Virus record (IMG/VR): IMGVR_UViG_3300005077_000081
Span: 1 to 40,083 of that record
DNA: 40,083 bases
Source: a virus
Taxonomy: Duplodnaviria; Caudoviricetes
Strand: one strand, 5' to 3'
The position numbers and the translations under genes were made by a program. Shown piece by piece: positions 16,007 through 24,576 of this stretch (the stretch's first letter is position 1; each line of letters opens with the position of its first letter). Below the pieces are notes generated by a model that was not told the origin of the DNA, searched no databases, and saw nothing but the letters and a program-made list of their open reading frames with translations.

Positions 16007-17182
16007 ATGGCTAATACACTGACGAACGTAATGGGTAAGATTCTTGCAAGGGCAATGCCCGCGCTCCGTTCCAGGTGCGGTTTGATTCAACTTGTCAATT
16101 CTGACTTTGGCATGGAAGTGGCAAAATCGGGCGACACCATTAACGTTCCTCTTACCGAAAATATGACGGCTCAGGCAGTCGTTCCCGGCGTTACCGCTGC
16201 AACTCCTGCAAACTTGGTTCCTGGAACCGTTCCTGTTGTGCTGGATAAATGGTATCAGAACCCGCCTATTTCCATGACTGATGCAGACCTTCAGAAAATC
16301 GACGGTTCAACAGGTTATCTTCCTGAACAGCTTATCGAAGGCATTCATTGCATTGCTTCGGCTATTAATCAGGACATCATGAGCTATTACTACAAGGTCG
16401 GGATGTGGTGGAAAAACGCGACAAGCATTTTTAATGATGTCACTGATGCGACTAATCCGAGGGCTTTGCTGAACGCTAACAGAGCGCCAAGAGACAACAG
16501 GGCTGGAGTGTTGGATTTTGACGCCGAAGCCGCCGCGCTTAAGCTGGCCGCTTTCTCCGATACTTCTCAGGTTGCTGGCGAAAAGTCTGCAAAGTTTGAT
16601 GGAGAAATCGGGCGAAAGTTTGGCATTTTGTGGGTTGCTGATGATGACATTGTTTCCCAGGTTCAAGGTGCGGTTGGCGCTGGAGCTTTGACCGTTAACG
16701 GAAACCATGCCGCAGGGCTGACCACTGTTTCAATCGCAAAGGCCGCTGGAGCCAACTGGGCCGCCAAAAAAGGCGACTTGATCCATATCGCTGGCGAAGC
16801 GAGTTCCAATCATGCATATTCAATTATGGCCGATGTCACAATAACGCAGGGCGCTAATACCGATGTAACGATTAGTCCCGCCTTGCGCGAAGCAAAGGCC
16901 TCTGGTGACGCAATCACTCCGTCCGCTGGAACCAGTGCAATTACCTACAAGAATTGCCTCATTTTCCATCGCAAATCTTTTGCGTTCGCAAACCGTCCTT
17001 TGACTGTTTCGGCTGTGGATTATGAGCTTGGCAACAAACTGCAGACGGTTATCGACCCTCTGACTGGGCTCGCGCTTCGGCTGGAGTTGAAGAGACTTCA
17101 CAAAATGACCGTTTGGGAATTCGATGTTTTGTGGGGTGCTAACTGCGTTCGGCCCGATCACTGCATCCGTTTGATCCACTAA
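16007..17182 (+). CDS. Major capsid protein (P22 coat-like, HK97 fold with insertion domain)
   Basis: MANTLT..GDTINVP, G.IGRKFG, LIFHRKSFAFANRPL, FDVLWGA..RP; strongly biased codon use. Confidence 0.9.
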   Translation: MANTLTNVMGKILARAMPALRSRCGLIQLVNSDFGMEVAKSGDTINVPLTENMTAQAVVPGVTAATPANLVPGTVPVVLDKWYQNPPISMTDADLQKIDGSTGYLPEQLIEGIHCIASAINQDIMSYYYKVGMWWKNATSIFNDVTDATNPRALLNANRAPRDNRAGVLDFDAEAAALKLAAFSDTSQVAGEKSAKFDGEIGRKFGILWVADDDIVSQVQGAVGAGALTVNGNHAAGLTTVSIAKAAGANWAAKKGDLIHIAGEASSNHAYSIMADVTITQGANTDVTISPALREAKASGDAITPSAGTSAITYKNCLIFHRKSFAFANRPLTVSAVDYELGNKLQTVIDPLTGLALRLELKRLHKMTVWEFDVLWGANCVRPDHCIRLIH

Positions 17183-17206
17183 AACAAGTAACGTTTGAAT
17201 AAACGA

Positions 17207-17235
17207 ACCCGCGCCTTGTTATTCAGGGCGCGGGT
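17207..17235 (+). terminator. Hairpin downstream of capsid gene
   Basis: ACCCGCGCCTTG-TTATT-CAGGGCGCGGGT; no T-tract, so may be a stabilising or partial terminator. Confidence 0.55.
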
Positions 17236-17258
17236 ATACGCGCTTAAAGGAGCAAATC

Positions 17259-17507
17259 ATGGAACGAATTAAAGCTTTTTCTCCAGATGGAACCCCGTGC
17301 AACATATCTCCTTCAGATGTCGATTATCATTTATCGAGAGGGTATACTTTGACGGAAAAAAAGCCTTCAAAGTTTACATCTGCAATGAATGAGACGATCA
17401 AGCGAGAAAAGGAAGAGGCTGCAAAGGAGAAAGAAAAGCCGACAAAGGAAACACCTGAAGGCGTAACGATGAAGCTTAAACCAGCCACCTCATCGGCTAA
17501 AAGGTAA
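17259..17507 (+). CDS. Hypothetical head-associated small protein
   Basis: SD AAAGGAG; charged C-terminus; position after the capsid gene. Confidence 0.7.
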   Translation: MERIKAFSPDGTPCNISPSDVDYHLSRGYTLTEKKPSKFTSAMNETIKREKEEAAKEKEKPTKETPEGVTMKLKPATSSAKR

Positions 17508-17513
17508 CGCGCC

Positions 17514-18038
17514 ATGACTGCAACATTTGTTGTTGAAGACGGCACGGGGTTATCAACCGCTAACAGTTATATTTCAGTTGGCGATGCTGATTTTTATCAT
17601 GAAAATCATGGCAACCCTAGCGATTGGTCGAGCGCGAGCGATGCAACAAAGCAAGAAGCTTTGAGAATGGCGTTTCAATGCTTGAATGTTGTATATGGAG
17701 CGGCGTTTCAAGGCTACAAAGTAAAGTCTACACAGGCCGGGGAGCATCCGCGATATGAAAGGTATGATTTTAGCGGGTTTCTTTATGCGAGCAATGAAGT
17801 TTGCATACCTATAAAAGAGGCGAGTTGTGAACTTGCTAAAAGACATATAACCGAAACAGACGGTCTTTTTCCAGACATAGAAGACGGCGGCACGGTTAAA
17901 TCCTATAGCGTGAAAGCTGGCCCTATTGAGGAATCAACAACGTATGAAGGCGGCAGAGAAGAGTACAAGCGCTTTTCTATCGTTGACGCAATACTTAAAC
18001 CGATTTTGCGCCAGTCAGGCGTAATAAGGAGAGGATAG
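17514..18038 (+). CDS. Head-tail adaptor (family often annotated DnaT-like ssDNA-binding)
   Basis: FVVEDGTGLSTANSYISV..AD.YH, Q..EHPR, IKEASCELA. Confidence 0.85.
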   Translation: MTATFVVEDGTGLSTANSYISVGDADFYHENHGNPSDWSSASDATKQEALRMAFQCLNVVYGAAFQGYKVKSTQAGEHPRYERYDFSGFLYASNEVCIPIKEASCELAKRHITETDGLFPDIEDGGTVKSYSVKAGPIEESTTYEGGREEYKRFSIVDAILKPILRQSGVIRRG

Positions 18039-18039
18039 C

Positions 18040-18534
18040 ATGGCGAACTTTGTCTATACTTATGGTGGGCTTTTAATAGCGGATCATTCGCTTGCAGCGG
18101 CGTTGTCGTTTAAAGACAATGTGATTCAGATCATGTTGATTAAATCGGGTTATACTCCAAACAAGGAACATGTTTTTGTAGGCGATTCAGGCTCGCTTGC
18201 CGCATATGAAGCTGACTGCTCTGGATACACTGGAGGTTGGGGCGGATCAGGAAGGCATACGCTAACAGGCAAATCTATTGTGAGAGATACGGTTAACCAC
18301 AAGGTTAAATTCATCGCTTCGAACCCTGCTGTTTGGTCTAACCTTGGGGCGTCACCGACTAACACCATTCAGGGTGCCGCTATCATACGTAAAGGAACCG
18401 CAGACGATAGCGATGCAATATGTTTGGCTTTTTTTGATACGGTAAACGGTTCGCCTTCCTTTCCTTTTCTTACAAACGGTTCTGATTTTACGATACAGTT
18501 TGACGCTGACGGCGTTATGAACTTTGTTCACTAA
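18040..18534 (+). CDS. Conserved virion structural protein (neck/collar-associated)
   Basis: MANFVY...IMLIKSGYTP...GYTGG...TNGSDFTIQF...GV pattern; position among neck genes. Confidence 0.65.
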   Translation: MANFVYTYGGLLIADHSLAAALSFKDNVIQIMLIKSGYTPNKEHVFVGDSGSLAAYEADCSGYTGGWGGSGRHTLTGKSIVRDTVNHKVKFIASNPAVWSNLGASPTNTIQGAAIIRKGTADDSDAICLAFFDTVNGSPSFPFLTNGSDFTIQFDADGVMNFVH

Positions 18535-18545
18535 AAGGCGGTTAA

Positions 18546-21500
18546 ATGACCGGTGAAGGCGCTATAGGAATTTATGGCAATTCAACCGGCGGCGAATCAT
18601 ATGATGCTCTTAGTTGGCTTGAATGGAGGGCAGATTATGTTATCGCTGAAAGCGATTTAACCACTATTGAAAAACTGCGTTCAGCGGAAGGCGACTTCAT
18701 CCAATGGCAGCTTAAGAGAAACGGGTATTATTTAGTTTTAGGCGCTTTTGGTTTAGAATCGAACGGAACAGGCATTGTTGAACGAACAATAGCGATAAGG
18801 CAAGGTCTGTTTAATATAAAGCCTGGGTCAAAAAACTCAGGCAGTATTATTTTTCAGCAGGGAATGACAAACGTTTACATTCCTTGTGGAACAGTCATAA
18901 AAGTAGAATCCGCTCCTGATACAGTATCGCTTATAATAAAAAAGACTGATAGCACTTCAACGCCAGTTACAGAAATTGCAAACAAATCAAATCTAACGAT
19001 ATTGTACTTAGGAGAATTTTACCCTATAGCAAACCTTGAATCCCAATTTAATCTTGGTGTTCCAGGAACAGATTGGACCAATAAAATATGGGATAAAACA
19101 AACGAGTTATCGGCGGCGTATTTTGATTATAACGCATCAGGCTTGCGGCTTAAAGATGCGGCAAAGTATCTTGTTATTTCTTCCGCAAACTTCAAAAATA
19201 CAGGCATAGCAACTTCTTTGCTCGGCAGGCTTACATTAGATGGAAGCGAATTAGTTCATTCCTATCATGGTTGCTTTAGTCCGAACGACTATGGGGCGCA
19301 AGAAGCGATTCCATGGTGCATTTCTTTAATAGAAACGACATCGCAAAATCAAATATTGAACGTTCAATATAAGAGATTGAACGGTTCAATGCTTTCAAGT
19401 TCTGGCAATGACGGGTTAGTTGTAATACGGTTGCCAGATGGAGCGGAAGGTATTGCCTTAACCGCGATAGGTCAATCATGCAACATAGACGCCGATGTTA
19501 ATTGGACAAATTCTTTGTTTTCTGATGCATCGTTTTCTTGGAGCGCATCACCAAATGGCGAAACAATAACGATTAACTCTAACGGTAATTATCTGTTTGG
19601 GTCTGGCGTAAACAATTCGCGCATTAACGGAGCACAAAGATACTATAATCGATTCGATTGGAAGAAAAACGGATCTATTAACAATGACGCTCCTTCATTT
19701 GGAGTTTACAATGATGGAGACAATGGCGGTTACTCGAATTTTCTATCAGGATCGGCTGGATATTGTTTATTTGATTCTCTTTCTTCTGGCGATGATATTG
19801 CTGTTTACATTGCAAAAGAAACAACGGGCTCATCAAATCCACCGATATTAAGCAGATTACAGTATGGGATATGGGGTTTAAGTTTAACGGGTCTGTATTA
19901 TGAATATGGAACCGTTAAATTAACATCTGCAACGGCAGACGCAACGACATTAGACGTTGAAAATACTGGTAGCGCAACGCTGAATATGGGCGCGCCGCCG
20001 CAAATGGAAGCGTACCCGAAGGCGTTTCATTTATGGCAGTATTACAACCCTTTTATGTGGTTGCGCGAGTCTTCTTTATCTGTTGATCCAATAAACCCTG
20101 GCGCTTGGGGTTTGTTGGGCTTAGACATAGACGCAGCAAATAATTTAGCGACAGCAAACTATATAAGTTTCACGCTTAATTTTAAAATAACGGATTGGAA
20201 TGCTGCTCCATTAAACGCAACAGCGCCTAATCCTACTTTGAAGTTTGGCGGCTCTGTAACTCAAATCAATCTGTTAACCGCTGATTTAAGCGCTTCTGCT
20301 GTTAATATAGATTTAACGCTTTTAAAGCGAGTTGGTTTAATGGAAGCCGTTTTGACGGCAACCGTTGATCGACTTTTGCCGATAAACAATAATGCTAACA
20401 TAGAATTTGGAATAGCAAGTTTATCAGTAAGCGCGATAGATCCGAGTTTAAGATTTGGAAACGTTTTTACTCTCGGCGCCGCAAGCTTAAACGCCGAAGG
20501 TCAAGTTTTTGACGCTTCTGCGTCGGCTGTTTTAGATTTGCAGATTTCAGAGCTACAATCTTCCGCGAAAGAATTGGCGCTCGATGCTCCTATAATAGTT
20601 ACAACGCAAATTCCATCTATAGGGTTATCTGCAATAAACCCTGCGTTGTATTTAGGCGCTGCTCCTGTAACAATATCTCTTTCTGTTGCGTCTTTGACAA
20701 GTATAGCTCCGTCTCCTGCGATAGAATTAGCATCTGCTGTTGCTCTAGTAGTCGCGGAAATTCAAGTAACGTCACCAGTCCAGAATATTATAAGCGAATA
20801 TATTATTGAGTTGTCTGGATCTAATGTTGGCGCTTCCGCTACAATTTTCACAGGAGACGGAGCATTAACTCTTTCCCTTGCGCAAAGCATCGTGCAAACG
20901 CTGGCGCTTGAATTAAGCGTTGATGTTGGCACGTTATTTCTTCCTGCAAGTGCAGAGCTTACAGTACCATGGATAAAACTTTTGTTGTTAGCGGAAAGTA
21001 TAGATATGGGCGAGTTAAAGAAAAAAATATTCAGGATTATAAGCGGCAAGGGTAAAACCGTTACGATCTACGAAAGAGGCGGCGCGAATCAAACGCTGAA
21101 AGTAACTCCACCATATCCATATAACGATGCTGAAATAGGAACTGATTTTGTGAAGTACGGAGATACTCTTGTGTATTGTCCGCACGAAAATCTTTCGATA
21201 AACATGCACGCGGCGGGAAGGGTTGTTATTGACGATGTAATTTGGCTTATTGTATCCGTTAGACCGATCTATGCAATAACGGAAATTGGATTGTACGGGC
21301 TTCAATTGAGAAAATACGGCAATACCAATATAACGAAAGCTTCTTTATGGACCGCTCTTGATAGAAAGCTTGTTCCTAAAGTGGATAAGATTTTCAACGC
21401 CAAGGGCATAGATGCTATTTTTGATCCTGACGGTTCGGCGCGGCCTTTAAAAATCGTTGCAGATCATGAGTACGAAACCGGCTTAGTTGACGATGATTTT

Positions 21501-21668
21501 GTGCAGGAAGGCGACACTAGGATTTACATTGCTGCGCGAAACTTGTCAACGCTTCCGACTGCTGGAGATCATATAAGATTCAACGATAAAACATGGTCTA
21601 TTGTTAGAGAAATCCCGTACTATTCAGGCGAACAAATATGTATGATGGAATTGCAAGGCCGTAGATAA
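18546..21668 (+). CDS. 1040-aa neck protein: N-terminal beta-sandwich domains, Ala/Ser/Leu-rich repeats, two C-terminal head-closure-like domains
   Basis: C-terminal repeats VKYGDTLVY...WLIVSVRPIY...LQLRK and VQEGDTRIY...WSIVREIPYY...LQGRR; occupies the head-closure position. Confidence 0.65.
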   Translation: MTGEGAIGIYGNSTGGESYDALSWLEWRADYVIAESDLTTIEKLRSAEGDFIQWQLKRNGYYLVLGAFGLESNGTGIVERTIAIRQGLFNIKPGSKNSGSIIFQQGMTNVYIPCGTVIKVESAPDTVSLIIKKTDSTSTPVTEIANKSNLTILYLGEFYPIANLESQFNLGVPGTDWTNKIWDKTNELSAAYFDYNASGLRLKDAAKYLVISSANFKNTGIATSLLGRLTLDGSELVHSYHGCFSPNDYGAQEAIPWCISLIETTSQNQILNVQYKRLNGSMLSSSGNDGLVVIRLPDGAEGIALTAIGQSCNIDADVNWTNSLFSDASFSWSASPNGETITINSNGNYLFGSGVNNSRINGAQRYYNRFDWKKNGSINNDAPSFGVYNDGDNGGYSNFLSGSAGYCLFDSLSSGDDIAVYIAKETTGSSNPPILSRLQYGIWGLSLTGLYYEYGTVKLTSATADATTLDVENTGSATLNMGAPPQMEAYPKAFHLWQYYNPFMWLRESSLSVDPINPGAWGLLGLDIDAANNLATANYISFTLNFKITDWNAAPLNATAPNPTLKFGGSVTQINLLTADLSASAVNIDLTLLKRVGLMEAVLTATVDRLLPINNNANIEFGIASLSVSAIDPSLRFGNVFTLGAASLNAEGQVFDASASAVLDLQISELQSSAKELALDAPIIVTTQIPSIGLSAINPALYLGAAPVTISLSVASLTSIAPSPAIELASAVALVVAEIQVTSPVQNIISEYIIELSGSNVGASATIFTGDGALTLSLAQSIVQTLALELSVDVGTLFLPASAELTVPWIKLLLLAESIDMGELKKKIFRIISGKGKTVTIYERGGANQTLKVTPPYPYNDAEIGTDFVKYGDTLVYCPHENLSINMHAAGRVVIDDVIWLIVSVRPIYAITEIGLYGLQLRKYGNTNITKASLWTALDRKLVPKVDKIFNAKGIDAIFDPDGSARPLKIVADHEYETGLVDDDFVQEGDTRIYIAARNLSTLPTAGDHIRFNDKTWSIVREIPYYSGEQICMMELQGRR

Positions 21669-22150
21669 TGGATAATATTAAAGAATTTACAGTTGACTTA
21701 GAAAGATTCAACAACGAATTGCTTCATGATGAAGTGCTGCAATTTCAAAAGGAAATGGCAATTTTGTTGCTGCGAAAGATCGTTTTAAGAACGCCGAGAA
21801 GAACGGGTAACCTTGTCGGGGAATGGCAAGTAGGGTTGGGCGTTGTTCCAGATCAAAAAACAGGCGCAACGGATTATGGAAGAACTCAAACAATTACAAG
21901 CGGCATGTCCGTTATTAACTCTTTGCAGTGTTCTCTTTTTAAGTTTATACCTATATGGATTGCAAACAACGCTGATTATTCGGAAATTATAGAATACGGT
22001 GGGTACGTGCCTAAAGATCCTGGCCCGTCCAAAGACAAAGATGTAAGAAGAAAAGGAAAAATATTAGTAAAGGGAGGATGGAATCAGCAGGCGCCAAATG
22101 GTATGGTAGGGATATCGGTAAATGAACTTTCAGGAGTTATTAAACCGTGA
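21668..22150 (+). CDS. HK97 gp10-like neck / tail-completion protein
   Basis: RTPRRTGNLVGEWQV...IWIANNADYS..IEYG...QQAPNGMV. Confidence 0.85.
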   Translation: MDNIKEFTVDLERFNNELLHDEVLQFQKEMAILLLRKIVLRTPRRTGNLVGEWQVGLGVVPDQKTGATDYGRTQTITSGMSVINSLQCSLFKFIPIWIANNADYSEIIEYGGYVPKDPGPSKDKDVRRKGKILVKGGWNQQAPNGMVGISVNELSGVIKP

Positions 22151-22581
22151 CATCAGCGATAAAAGACCTATACGATCAAGTCCACGATGATTTTGTTGTA
22201 AATATTGCTACTCCTTACGGCGTTCAAGTGCAATATGACAATGAGGCTTTTGTTTTAAACGAAAGCGGTTTGGGGATTACGGAAACATGGATAAGGTTCT
22301 CTTTGTTGATCGGTGAAAGAGCAAGAATAAATGCAAATACAAATCCTAAGCGCTATAGGCAATTCGGCAATGCATTCATAGCGATTTATGGAAATGATCT
22401 TGCAGGGAGGGATAAGGTTATAGCCGTTGCTGATTATATAGATTCGGCGTACACAAACAAAATAATCAACGGCGTGACATACAGAACGGCACAGATAACG
22501 CAACCGAAAAGGGAAAGGCGCTGGTTTAGATTAACGGTTGATTTGCCATTTTATCAAGATATTGCAGTTGAAGGAGATTAA
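22147..22581 (+). CDS. Tail terminator protein
   Basis: VQYDNEAF...WIRFSL...G...WFRLTVDLPF; directly before the tail tube gene. Confidence 0.8.
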   Translation: MTSAIKDLYDQVHDDFVVNIATPYGVQVQYDNEAFVLNESGLGITETWIRFSLLIGERARINANTNPKRYRQFGNAFIAIYGNDLAGRDKVIAVADYIDSAYTNKIINGVTYRTAQITQPKRERRWFRLTVDLPFYQDIAVEGD

Positions 22582-22584
22582 ACA

Positions 22585-23775
22585 ATGTCCGATGCAAATT
22601 TAGCAAGGCTTGCTTACTACAAAGAAGCAACTTTCGGAACTCCGGTTTCAAGCGTTGCCTATCAAATTTTAAATAAAACGTCAGAATCCCTTGAAAAAGA
22701 TACAGGAGTACAAAAAAGCCAGCAGGTTCGATCTGACAGGCAAGTCCCTTACACAAGCCGTTTGTCGATGTCTGCTAAAGGTGATTTAAATTGCGAGTTT
22801 CATCTTGGCGGGTTTACGGATTTTATTTGCGCTGCTCTTTTGTATTCATCTGATCTTTCTTGGGGAATTGCCCCAACTCCTGTAAGCGCCTCTTTAACTT
22901 TCAATATTTCTGGAACGATAAACCGTTCAACTGGAAGTTTCGTATCAGATGGATACGTTCCTGGGATGTGGATTACTATAAGAAATTCGGCAAACAATAA
23001 CGGTTACGCAAAAATAGCCGTGGTTAATTCAGCGACACAAATTACAGTTTCAATGAAAACGCTTGTGACGGAAGGTCCGGTTGCTGCAAAAATCAATGGC
23101 TGTTCTTACATCGTTAACGGAACAAACCTTGTTTCGTTTACTCTTGAAAGAGCGTATCTTGATATAGCGTCGACTTTCGCACAATATACGGGTATGTGCG
23201 TTAACAATTGGAAGCTCGGATTTTCAAAACCAGACGATGTTTTAATGACAACGTTCGGCTTTCTCGGTAAAAACGAATTAAGTTCCGCAACAGCTTTGGG
23301 ATCATCTTACGTTGCCGCAAGCACAAATCCAGCGCTAAATACGGTTGATAACTTTTATAAGCTGATGTTGCATGACGGTACAACCTTAACCGACCAAGGT
23401 ACAACCGCATTTAACATGGAGCTAAACAACAACCTGCGAGCGAGGCTTCAGGCTGCATCACTTGGTGCGATATCGGTAGGCACTGGCGTTTGCGATGTAA
23501 AAGGATCGTTTCAAGGATATTTTACAGACAAGACTTTGATTGAAAAATACCTTGATTTTACCACTATGGGAATGGCGGCGCAGTTTGAAAGTATAACTCC
23601 GCTTAACGTGTTTATTATTGATCTCCCTGCTGCTAAATTTACTTCCGCAAAGCGTGTTTGCGGCGGCATAAACACGGATATTATGGCAGATATTAGTTAC
23701 GAATCCCAGTTGGGCGGCGTTACTGGCAATACAATTGGGGTTCATGTTGGAACGCATAAGGCGTCTACGGTTTAA
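22585..23775 (+). CDS. Major tail tube protein with inserted domain
   Basis: LAYYKEATFGTP, SQQVRSDRQV, FTLER, ELNNNL, GSFQGYF motifs. Confidence 0.88.
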   Translation: MSDANLARLAYYKEATFGTPVSSVAYQILNKTSESLEKDTGVQKSQQVRSDRQVPYTSRLSMSAKGDLNCEFHLGGFTDFICAALLYSSDLSWGIAPTPVSASLTFNISGTINRSTGSFVSDGYVPGMWITIRNSANNNGYAKIAVVNSATQITVSMKTLVTEGPVAAKINGCSYIVNGTNLVSFTLERAYLDIASTFAQYTGMCVNNWKLGFSKPDDVLMTTFGFLGKNELSSATALGSSYVAASTNPALNTVDNFYKLMLHDGTTLTDQGTTAFNMELNNNLRARLQAASLGAISVGTGVCDVKGSFQGYFTDKTLIEKYLDFTTMGMAAQFESITPLNVFIIDLPAAKFTSAKRVCGGINTDIMADISYESQLGGVTGNTIGVHVGTHKASTV

Positions 23776-23797
23776 TTTTCTGAAAGGAGAGCGGGAT

Positions 23798-24223
23798 ATG
23801 GTTAATCTTAAAAAGATTTCTGTAAACAAGAATCTTTCAATCAACGGGGTTTGGAAAAATTACGTTTTTGATCCAAGTGATACCGATGTGCTTGTGTGCA
23901 AAATCGCAATGTTTCCAAACCCTGCTTATTCTCAAGAAATTCAAAACCTCATGGCCCCGCTGTTGAAGGAGCACAGAAACGCAGACGTTGAAAGCGCGAT
24001 AACAAATGAGCTTCAGGCAAAGGCAATTGCTAAAACTGTTTTGCTTGACTGGAAAAACGCACAAGATGAAAACGGGAATGAGATAGAATATACTCCAGAG
24101 GTTGGCTATGCCGTTCTGATGAACGAAGATTACGCGCATTTCTATAATTGGGTTATCAGGGTTGCTATGAATCTTGCCAATTATAGAAACGATGTGATTA
24201 AGGAATCAGAGGGAAACTTATAA
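23798..24223 (+). CDS. Tail assembly chaperone (G-like)
   Basis: ATG 23798 behind AAAGGAG; AKTVLLDWKN...IEYTPE; between tube and tape measure. Confidence 0.85.
   Translation: MVNLKKISVNKNLSINGVWKNYVFDPSDTDVLVCKIAMFPNPAYSQEIQNLMAPLLKEHRNADVESAITNELQAKAIAKTVLLDWKNAQDENGNEIEYTPEVGYAVLMNEDYAHFYNWVIRVAMNLANYRNDVIKESEGNL
24211..24217 (+). promoter_or_regulatory. -1 programmed frameshift slippery site G GGA AAC
   Basis: X XXY YYZ heptamer in the correct phase just before the chaperone stop; the -1 frame runs into ORF 24226-24576. Confidence 0.85.
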
Positions 24224-24225
24224 AG

Positions 24226-24576
24226 TTGGTCGATTTTAATTTCCGTTTTGGGAAATATCTATCGACCTTCGAAAGATGGAAAAGAGACGGCAAAAAAACC
24301 CCTGAAATACCTGTTCTTTACGATGATCTAACAGAAATTTATATAGCGTTTGCTGATTTAAGCGCAACGCGAAGGTATACGGATTATGGAGTGCCTCAGT
24401 TTATACAAGTTTCAGAGATAGAAGCATGGCTAAACATTCATGAAATTGTTGATTATGAATTGAGGCTATATTACTACAGACTAATCCGCGCTTGCGACAG
24501 AGCTTACATCAAGGCATTCGCTGAAAATGAAAATATGAAGGGTCAATTAAATGCCGACTCTCAAAGTATCGGTTGA
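24226..24576 (+). CDS. Tail assembly chaperone frameshift extension (T-like)
   Basis: No own RBS; AFADLSATR...I.VSEIEAW...IRACDRAY motif. Confidence 0.8.
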   Translation: MVDFNFRFGKYLSTFERWKRDGKKTPEIPVLYDDLTEIYIAFADLSATRRYTDYGVPQFIQVSEIEAWLNIHEIVDYELRLYYYRLIRACDRAYIKAFAENENMKGQLNADSQSIG

